Below are positions 53,855-64,000 of a stretch of DNA of 64,000 bases, in pieces; the first letter of the stretch is position 1, and every line of letters starts with the position of its first letter. The position numbers and the translations under genes are program-made. Source of the DNA: Macrostomum lignano (Eukaryota); assembly GCA_002269645.1 (NCBI GenBank), contig NIVC01002852.1:36072-100071 (forward strand), in the 5' to 3' direction. The notes beneath the pieces were generated by a model. The model did not search any database and was not told the DNA's origin. It saw only the letters and a program-made list of their open reading frames with translations.

Positions 53855-56800
53855 GGGACTGGCGACAGGAGCTGCTGCTTAAAGGCGGTCTCTGCGCTGC
53901 TGGCTGTGGGGAGCAGGTTTTTTTAATTTTATTTTGAATATCTCTAAGCTGATGCATCTGCATCTATTTACACACACAACTAACAATTTGACCTAACAAT
54001 TGACTAAACAAAATTAAAAAGCACAAAATAAAAATTGTTAACTAAGACTTTAGTAACTATCGTTAACTGATAATTTCACTTTAGGTTTATTACAAGCAAA
54101 ATAAATTAACTTAATAACTTAATTATTAACTTAACTGATTATAATACATAGTAATGACAGCAAATTTAACAATAATTTTAGTTCAATAACGACCCTATCT
54201 ATACAATACTGTTTTTGGCTCTCTTCTAGTAATTGCTGGGTTCTAAATTGAACACTACTAAAAATTCGTGTTTCTTATAGCACTATTTTTAGAAATATTT
54301 TCCAATACTTGCTAGGTCAATGTTATGCAACATAACTAATAAATAAAATGACAAGGACCACTAGGAACACTTTGTTATATAGGATATAACACTCTTGATT
54401 CATGTGAAAATAGTTGAAGGCTGATTTTTATTCTTGTATACATTAGTGAGATAGACGAATTGCATGATTTTCAACATAATGTGCTGTTTGCAGAGGCCTA
54501 GGGCTATTAATTTCCAAAATTTTGCAGTATGTAACCAAAAACACTTAGCTAAATTATATTATTTTGTGGTTGAGTCATATTTTTTGGTTATTTACCATTT
54601 TTTTACATTACTTATGACTAGTAGGCCAGCTAGGTAGGCCTTATGACTAAGGACAAATGTTGATTGACTGGGAACCTAGTAGGCTTAGTAAATACTTCAT
54701 AGGTCTAGACTTATCTGATTTCTAGCTAGGCTAGTCATAACCCTAACTGCCTTAACTAACTTCTTTTTTATTGATCACATACCTGCAAAGTATGGCCTAG
54801 GGCTATTTATTAAAACTTTATTATAAATTTGAAACTCAAAAAAATTTAGGGTTTTTGATCCTAAGCCAAGGTTTTGGGACACAGGCAATCAATGACAATG
54901 AACCTAGGCCTAGAATAATAATTAGGGTCTAAAATAAAACTTTATTTGTTTTGAGAAGTTTTTAAATAAAATTAATGATACCTTATCCTTATTGCTAAGG
55001 ATTTAGCAATCTTATTAAATAAGATTGTTTTTATTTAATTTTTGGGTTATCTTATTATTTCTCTTAGTATTTAGCAATTCTTTCCTAGGTTTATGCTTTA
55101 GCTATATGATAAAGATGTTATATTATCTTGACTTTCAAAATTGCAACTTCAAGTTAGACCTATAATTTAGTATCTTAGTACTAGGCTTAGCAAAAAAACC
55201 TTGGCTAAGGTATCCTTAAGTTATAGTATCTGTCGGATTTCCATCCTCCAAATATTTGTACTTTCTATTACCTTGTACTTTTAAGTTAGCCATCTCCCTT
55301 TGTCTACCATGCCTTTCCCACAGACTATCGTAACCGTTCATTTACCACAGACAATTTGGCTGGCCTGTTCATTATTGTTAGTATAAATACAACTTCAACC
55401 CGCGGCTTAGGCCCTTCACTTCTTTCCCTCTCTTCCTTTCTGCACCACTTAAATCTCGTTCTATTAGTTTATTGTCTATTCGACAGTATCCTTATTGTAC
55501 AGTATCTTTCTTAATTGCATTTTGAACTTGGACCTTGGATACAATTTCATATTGCATCCTAGACATAGACCTAGTGTAGTGCCAGCAAAAAACCTAGGTT
55601 TTTATTTTTTGTTTATTTTGTTTCCCAATGATTTTTACACTCTACATGGTACTATTACTGCACTAGCAGTTATATAGTCAAGAACACATTCAGATTACGT
55701 ATAGCAAGGGTTGGAAAACTTTTACCTCAAGGGCTTAATAGAGAATCTAGCTCTGATGATAGGCTAGAAGAGGAGAAAAGAAGTGTAAGAGTCACTTTTC
55801 TGCCTATCATTTTATGTATACTGCCTTAATAAATAAGACTATTTTTCTAAATTGCTAAAAACATCTTTGTGCCTGCATAAATAAATCTTTTATTCCATTA
55901 ATAGTAACTCTTAGTATTGTTTAGTAGCTCAAAGTATAACCTAGTGTTTTTATTAGTTTTAATGCGTACGCCATTATGGTTATATTTTGTATATAACCAA
56001 AAGAATAAACTGAAAGAGGAGCATCTTCCGCTGCCTGGCTTGACTTGTCTGGTCTTGCCTTCAACCTCCCCTAGCCTATCTATAATTGAGGCTTTGTAAC
56101 TGAACATTGTTCTAAAAATAGCCCAGTCTTAGTCATTTGAAGGCGCTCCGCCTTCCCTCTCGCGAAGCTTGTACAGTTAGCCATGTGCAACACTCATCCC
56201 CCTATTCTCTGCTCCCAGGACGCTCAGTCCTACTCTGAGTAATTGCCTCCTCTCCCCTCTCCTGTTCCCAGCGGAACTGATGCCCGCCCCCCTTCTGCCC
56301 TCTCCCCCTTAAGTGGACAGTCTGTCTGCACACGTGTACAGCCTTATTCCCTCAGACTTATAGTCTGATCCTTGCTCAAACATCCCTATCCTTCCCTATC
56401 TCCCATATATATTAGGCGTACTGCCTTCTTACCTAAAGCGATATTAGACGCTTTGCCTACTCATGCTAGCATACCCTATTAGTTATTAGAAATTCCCCAC
56501 TAATGCGCCAGTTTCCCAGGCACTCTGATCCATCGAAAAGCCCTTACTCTTCCCCCCTCTAAATACTTGGACTGAATAGAGATATAGACAGTGTCTTGCC
56601 GCTCGGACACACCACGCCACCAGGAGCAACCCAAGGCTTACTCCTGTCAGTAGTAGAATTTGCATCTTTCTTTTTCCCCCAATTAAAACCCTTGTGATAA
56701 TTTGATAGAATAGGAGTCAGTAATCTCACCTTACAACAGATTTTAGTGACATCAGTGAGATTCTAATAGACTACCCAGGAGCCCTGTGACAGAAGAAAAA

Positions 56801-58295
56801 GAAGTGAGATAAGAAAAAGGAAGTGAAAGAATAATTGGAAAGATAGTTGGGATAAAATTGAAGATAGAAGAAAAAAGGAAAAGGATAAAAAGAAAAGTGA
56901 AAGGAAGGAGAGGATAAAAGAATATTTATGTCCCTGTAGTACAAATTTTCCAGGGAATTGACATCTCTAGATTTAGGCCCTAATTGATAGCAGTCATATA
57001 TATATTTTTAATTTTTTAATAATCAACTTATTGAGATCTTAAAAATGTTTATCAGCAAACTATTTTAATAAATTAAGTTAAAATTTTATAATTAAAGGTT
57101 GAGTAGTTCAGTAGTACTTGTCTGAAATTATTAGGGCCTATATATATAATATAATATTTTTATTATATGGAGGAAATGATAAAGCTCAAGTAAATATTAA
57201 TCATAGAGTTCATTTTTTTCATTTTTAACTTTATTTCATTGCTGACCAGTTGTTAGGCCAATGAAGTTTTATTTGCCAAGATATACAAGCAACTACACTA
57301 CTGGTAATATCTGGCTAGGATGGAATTTAATTACAACTTGAGGCCCAAGTGAAAACTTTTGTTCAAGCTCCTGTGATGCTCTTGGATATCCAGAACTGAG
57401 ATGCCTAGGTCAGGTCCTGCAGCTTCCACAGGTGACTAAGGTGACAGACCAGCTAATTCTAATGCTTCCTAAACTTGATTTTGATGTTTAGAGTGACAGG
57501 ATTTGTCAGCATACATGTACCATTTGTACACATGATCCCAACACTGCTTATGAATCATTCTTTTACTATGCTAAATTTGTTAAAAGAATTTTGATGCATT
57601 TGCTTGTTTGTTATTTATTATTTCGTTTTCTTTGCTCAGTACTGTTATATCACTTTGTAACACTGCTGTACCAACAATAAAATTTCCTCAATATAGTTTA
57701 TCATACCTCGTCAATTTTGTGCCAGACAGACTGCTGTTTATAATTTGAGCTATAAGCAAATAAACTCAACAAGTCTGCTTGTTTGCTAAATTCTACTGCC
57801 ACTCGCAAGCCACTTCAATTTACAAGATTATAAAGAACAGAAGAATGTTAAAACAGGGTCTGCTTTGTGATGTTTTGCTTTTTCTTCTCACTCATTTTTT
57901 CTGACTAGCCATCTTGTGAGAAAGATTTTAAAGGATATAGTAGACCAAAGTATGCGGGTTCTGTATATGATCTCCAGACTCCAATATATTTTCAGAAACG
58001 TCACTAATGAAACTAAGAGCGTATTCACAAAAAATGCGCTCAAGATTTTCGGCTACTTTATTAATTTTGCTTCCTAAACATGAAGATTTGAATCGCTACC
58101 ATACGCCTAAAAATAGGGTGTCTCCATTGTACAGGATTTTCTTGCATCTACATCTAGTGGGAAGCTAAACTAACTGACTTACTTGGTAGGGGACAAAAAT
58201 CCGAACAATCTGTCGAAAAAATTAACCTTCTACATGCAACTGATTCAGAGATACAGACATTTTAATAATCAGCCTTAACTATTTTTGCACGATTT

Positions 58296-61200
58296 GCTGG
58301 GGCTGGGGTTGGGTTAGGGTTAGGGCTTATATCGGTCAACTGAGGTCATCCCGCTTTCTCCCATCCAAACTACAACCAATCCAGTTCCTAATTTTGCTAA
58401 TTTCAGTGCCCAAGAAAGGCTATGACCCCAGCAAGCGAACCGACCTGCCGGAAGACCGGCAGCGGATCCCCACGGTAGTCTATGGCCCGGAGCCCGAGCC
58501 CGAAAGGCCACCAACTCAACCACCATCGAGACGGAGCAACTCAAGAGATGCTGAGCCAAGCGACCCGACTCGTGAGTCTCCTCCATGGTTTGGTGGACGG
58601 GATTGGCAGTTTGGACTGCAGCTTGATGATGGGATTGGCAGTTTTTACTGCAGCTGGATGATGGGATTGGCAGTTTGGACTGCAGCTTGATGCACACGTT
58701 GGCCCATGCCTACCCGTCAAGTTCAGAATCAAGTACAACAGCCAGTCAGATTAGGTAGAAGCCGACAACAGAATTGCCTAGCACTGGCATGCAAATGGAG
58801 TCTGTTAAGCCTTCTAAGGACGCCCCAGATTATCAGGGCGCAAAGGGACCACCGGCTAATTAGCATAATCATGCAGCACTAATTAGCATATTTCCTATTA
58901 CCGCTGGAAATGAGAGGCGGACAGGAAAATCCAAATGGAATTTAGCCAACCTGCAGCAGCTCTGGCCGGATGAAATTGACACTGAGATGAGCTGGAGCCA
59001 TAGACACACACTGGTTGGAACTGAGCTGGAGCCATAGACACACACTGCATGGTTGGAACTGAGCTGGAGCCATAGACACACACTGGTTGGAACTGAGCTG
59101 GAGCCATAGACACACACTGGTTGGAACTGAGCTGGAGCCATAGACACACACTGGTTGGAACTGAGCTGGAGCCATAGACACACACTCTGGTTGGAACTGA
59201 GCTGGAGCCATAGACACACACTGGTTGGAACTGAGCTGGAGCCATAGACACACACTGGTTGGAACTGAGCTGGAGCCATAGACACACACTGGTTGGAACT
59301 GAGCTGGAGCCATAGACACACAGGTTGGAACTGAGCTGGAGCCATAGACACACACAGGTTGGAACTGAGCTGGAGCCATAGACACACACTGGTTGGAGCT
59401 GAGGCGGATTCATACACACGGATGAGGATATCCAACTAAATCGCAATCAGCTTTTATTTCCTAATCTGAATTCACACTCCCAACCAATTAAGACAAGACT
59501 CAGCCTCTCAGAGTTGAAAAGTTTGAAGGCCCAGTAGCTTTATCTGACAAACCGGAGCTTGGGCGGCAACCCCCCTCTCAAATTCAGTTCGGACAGTTTG
59601 AAGTGCTCAGTTGAGTATCACGCACTGAGAGCAGTTTGAGTTCAAAACGGGCTCTAAAACTGAGAGCCCCGCAGAGCTGAAGTTGGATAATTCTCGTCCA
59701 AGACTCAAAATTGCCTCAGCAAACTCGAAGGCCGATGTTGCTCAGCTGGAATTGCTTGAGCAAGCGGGGGAACACGGGAACTGGGGACGGAATTCCGCGG
59801 ATTACTCTTGGCTGCGGTCTGCGATTAATGGATGAGTAGCTTGAGTAGGGATATCGCTGCCTCCTCTGCCCCGCCGAGTTCCCCTCTGCTTTGATCCTGC
59901 GGCACTGCGAGTTCGAGATTTGAGCCTTCGGGGAGCCATTTATCCCAGCCAGACAAAGTCTTCCGTGTTCTGGAGGGGTAATAAATAAACTGAGAGCACG
60001 GCTGCTCAGCTGAGCACTTTTCTGATTTGCCGATCAACTTAATCCAATGCTGGAGTCCCAGACTGCAGATTGAAGCAGCTCTGGAGATTCGGGCTGGCTG
60101 CAGGGTGTGATTCGGGCTGGCTGCAGGGTGAGATTCGGGCTGGCTGCAGGGTGAGATTCGGTCTGGCTGCAGGGTGAGATTCGGTCTGGCTGCAGGGTGA
60201 GATTCGGTCTGGCTGCAGGGTGAGATTCGGTCTGGCTGCAGGGTGAGATTCGGTCTGGCTGCAGGGTGAGATTCAAGCTGGCTGTAGGGTGAGATTCGGG
60301 CTGGCTGTAGAGTGAGATTCAAGTTGGCTGTAGGGTGAGATTCGGGCTGGCTGCAGGGTGAGATTCGGGCTGGCTGCAGGGTGAGATTCGGACTGGCTGT
60401 AGGGTGAGATTCGGGCTGGCTGTAGGGTGAGATTCGGGCTGGCTGCAGGGTGAGATTCGGTCTGGCTGCAGGGTGAGATTCGGTCTGGCTGCAGGGTGAG
60501 ATTCGGTCTGGCTGCAGGGTGAGATTCGGTCTGGCTGCAGGGTGAGATTCGGTCTGGCTGCAGGGTGAGATTCAAGCTGGCTGTAGGGTGAGATTCGGGC
60601 TGGCTGTAGAGTGAGATTCAAGTTGGCTGTAGGGTGAGATTCGGGCTGGCTGCAGGGTGAGATTCGGGCTGGCTGCAGGGTGAGATTCGGACTGGCTGTA
60701 GGGTGAGATTCGGGCTGGCTGTAGGGTGAGATTCGGGCTGGCTGCAGGGTGAGATTCGGGCTGGCTGCAGGGTGAGATTCGGACTGGCTGTAGGGTGAGA
60801 TTCGGGCTGGATGCAGGGTGAGATTCGCTCACGGACTCACTGAAATTCCAGGGCAGCCCGCTGACGCATCAGCCGACGGCGCGGTCGCGGAGGACTCGCC
60901 GTCGCTGCTGCCGCAGCTCAGCTCCCGCCAGGCCGCGGTGCTTGGCGTGTCGGCAGGCGTCGCTCTCCTGCTGGCGCTGGTGGCGGCCGTCAGCTGCACG
61001 CTGACCCGCCGATGGCTGCGCGGTCGGCGGCGCCGGGCAGAGGAGCACCTGGCCCGGGTGCGGCTGGGCAAGCAGATCTCTCCGCCGGCCACCTGCCTGG
61101 TCATCCCGCCGGCCGAGACGCTGCTGAAGCTGCCGTCTCCGCATCCGTCCTCGGGCAGCGGCGGGGCGCACACGGTCAGCGTCTGCCTCAGCCAGCTCGG

Positions 61201-63496
61201 CTCGCCGCCCCGCTGCGGCTCCATCGACGGCAGCGGCAGTGGCAGCGGCGTGTGCGGCAGCAGCGGCATCGGCAGCGGCGTCGGTGGCTGCTCCGGAAGC
61301 GACAGACAGTCGACGTCGACATCGACCTTCCTGATGGGCGGCTCGGCAGCCTCCAGGGCGGGCTCGCTGCCGTCCCCGCGGGAGTCGCTGGCCACCTACT
61401 CGCTGCAGCAGCACCACTGCGCCACCTCGGTGCTGGAGGAGCAGCTGGGGCCGCAGCAGCTGGGGATGCTCTGACCGCCGCTAACGGGAATCAGAGATGA
61501 CCTGCCTTCCATGCTCAAGTGAGTCAGGGTGTCAGTTAGACGGTCAGGAAAGCAGCAAGATAGTATCAGACAGTTTCGCTTACACTGTCAGGATGTCAGA
61601 CTGTCAGGGTGTCAGACTGTCAGGATGTCAGACTGTCAGGGTGTCAGACTGTCAGGATGTCAGACTGTCAGGGTGTCAGACTGTCAGGATGTCAGACTGT
61701 CAGGGTGTCAGACTGTCAGGATGTCAGACTGTCAGGATGTCAGACTGTCAGGATATCAGACTGTCAGGATGTCAGACTGTCAGGGTGTCAGACTGTCAGG
61801 ATGTCAGACTGTCAGGATGTCAGACTGTCAGGGTGTCAGACTGTCAGGATGTCAGACTGTCAGGGTGTCAGACTGTCAGGATGTCAGACTGTCAGGATGT
61901 CAGACTGTCAGGATGTCAGACTGTCAGGGTGTCAGACTGTCAGGATGTCAGACTGTCAGGGTGTCAGACTGTCAGGATGTCAGACTGTCAGGGTGTCAGA
62001 CTGTCAGGATGTCAGACTGTCAGGATGTCAGACTGTCAGGATATCAGACTGTCAGGATGTCAGACTGTCAGGGTGTCAGACTGGCAGGATGTCAGACTGT
62101 CAGGATATCAGACTGTCAGGGTGTCAGACTTTCAGGATGCCAGACTGTCAGGATGTCAGCCTGTCAGGATGTCAGCCTGTCAGGGTGTCAGACTGTCAGG
62201 GTGTCAGACTTTCAGGATGCCAGACTGTCAGGATGTCAGCCTGTCAGGATGTCAGCCTGTCAGGATGTCAGACTGTCAGGATGTCAGACTCTCAGGATGT
62301 CAGACTGTCCTGTCAGATGTCAGACTGTAAGGATGTCAGACTGTCAGGATGTCAGACTGTCAGGATGTCAGACTGTCAGGATGTCAGACTGTCAGGACGT
62401 AAGATTGTCAGGATGTCAGCTAGCCTGTAAGAACCTGTCTCTGCACTTTCAATTTCAGATCAGTCCGAGTTCAGGAACTTCAGAGTTTCGCCCAGAGCAC
62501 CAGCGAGTTGCTCACGCACCGAGCCGGCCACGGTTTTCCCTCTCCTGTGCAAAAATCGCAAAAAACGAATTTGTGATGTGTTTATCGCAGCATTAACTTC
62601 ATATTTTTAAATAATCGTCTCAACTAAAGTGTCAGATCCCGTTTTTTAACCGCCTGACTGCAGGTTGCCATTGCTGCCAGGTCTGGATAATAATATTAGC
62701 AAAACTTTTTCTTTGGCTTGATGAAGAATCCTGCAATGTACAAAGACTGTTTCTGTACAGGTGAAGCCACTGATTCTGCACATCTGAAGGTTAGTATGTA
62801 CTTTTAATGTACTTAGCGATGCTCACTTGGATGACACTGCATGCTTTGCTCAGAACGGAGAAGCTCTTGTAAAGCAGCGTTTGAATTTTGTAATATACAC
62901 GCTATAAACACTACTGAGAGAGTAGAAAAAAACGTTTTTTTGACAAAAATAAAAATTGATCCTGCAGTCACCAAAGTTTTTTATTATAAATGACTGAGCT
63001 TGAAGTTCTCGCTGGCAACAGAGTGCTCTGAAGAACACAGGGCGGGCATGTGAGTTCAGTGATGAGGCAAATAACTGAGCAAATGTCCACAACCGGTAAA
63101 TGGGAGAGATGTTATAACTTTTTGACCCTATTCTGCGAGGGTCAACATGGGTCAGACAGTGTAGGTCAGATGGTGTGGGCCAGACACTGTGGGTCAGACA
63201 CTGTTCGTCAGGCAGTGTGGGTCAGACAGTGTGGGTCAGGCAGTGTGGGTCAGACGGTGTGGGTCAGACAGTGTGGGTCAGACACTGTGCGTCAGGCAGT
63301 GTGGGTCAGACACTGTGGGTCAGACAGTGTAGGTCAGATGGTGTGGGTCAGACACTGTGGGTCAGGCAGTGTGGGTCAGAAAGTGCAGGTCAAACGGTGT
63401 GGGTCAGACAGTGTGGGTCAGACAGTGTGGGTCAGACCGTATGGGTCCACGGCGGCTGGGCTGGGCTCCGCGTACCCGCACAGTCCCTGCCGGTGC
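58296..63496 (+). repeat. Direct segmental duplication of ~41262-46529 (~5.2 kb)
   Basis: Same order of unique blocks and minisatellites, with only scattered SNPs/indels in unique parts. The left junction is in the GGGGCT array. The right junction is after gccggtgc (46529 / 63496). Confidence 0.95.
58407..61474 (+). pseudogene. Partial duplicate of the lectin receptor: stalk exon (58407-58571) and TM/cytoplasmic exon (60852-61474)
   Basis: Both exons keep their splice sites, length and open frame. No signal-peptide exon, lectin exon or in-frame ATG is present upstream within the duplicated block. Confidence 0.65.
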
Positions 63497-64000
63497 CCCA
63501 GTGAAAAATGATTCATGGATTCCACGTGGGTTCCACGTGGCCATGTGGAATTTAAATGTTTCTTTATTTTTTGCAAATTATTAACTTAAAGATGACATAA
63601 TGGTATGCAAAGTATTTTTTATGCATTATTTTTTTATTTTTACTGTCCTAATGTTGATGTGGATTTTACAAGGAATTCATGAGAAATAAGCGTATATTGA
63701 TTCAACATGGAATCCACTTCGATAAAAAACTGTGATACACCATATTCAGACATTTTTAGGAAATTACTATAATTAATTATTACATTTATATGTTTTTAAG
63801 TTAAAATTAATATCTTAAAGCTAAATTATAATCGGCAAATAAGACACTGTTTGTTAAAATAGACAAAATAGAAGTGAACAATAAAAACGCTTCGTGCTTT
63901 TAAAATTAAATTAATTTTATTTTATATTCGTCAATGTTTTGGTTCAAGGCCTTGAAAGATAAATTGCCTTGTTTATGGCTATTTAAGCACCTTAAAAATT
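63497..64000. mobile_element. Probable left end of a CMC/EnSpm-like DNA transposon
   Basis: Begins CCCAGTGAAAA exactly at the duplication junction. Subterminal ttccacgtgg repeats and related gtgga/tccac words precede an AT-rich interior. The other end is not in the window. Confidence 0.35.

Overview
This is eukaryotic genomic DNA, not a prokaryotic window. It has spliceosomal GT-AG introns, GC-rich exons in an AT-rich background, very long (GACA)n/(GATA)n microsatellites and many intronic minisatellites. The style resembles a free-living flatworm such as Macrostomum, but that is inference only. Genes reconstructed by hand from splice sites and reading frame: (1) cyclin G-like (+, 11581-13484, 6 exons); (2) GSKIP (-, 18609-18956); (3, 4) two paralogous secreted 208-aa WSC + PAN/apple-like genes (-, 22224-23077 and 48991-49694); (5) a type I membrane protein with up to three SUEL/rhamnose-binding-lectin-like domains, EVA-1-like (+, 28589-44977); (6) casein kinase I gamma (-, 50771/50867-53854). 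A ~5.2-kb block (about 41262-46529) is duplicated at 58296-63496 and carries the last two exons of the lectin receptor. Mobile DNA: a Crypton-like remnant with a perfect 36-bp inverted repeat, a 501-bp MITE with a 10-bp target duplication, a 5'-truncated RNase H-bearing LINE with an 11-bp TSD, weak hAT remnants and a probable CMC/EnSpm end. The most unusual observations are: nine identical tandem copies of the CK1-gamma exon-1 end plus its 5' splice site; a short candidate terminal exon supplying a Cys-Cys/basic (palmitoylation-like) tail to CK1-gamma; private minisatellites pressed against many exon boundaries; and a duplicated promoter-less receptor tail whose substitutions are mostly synonymous. 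No CRISPR array, rRNA or tRNA was recognised. Most long ORFs in the supplied track are repeat artefacts. All coordinates were counted by eye.
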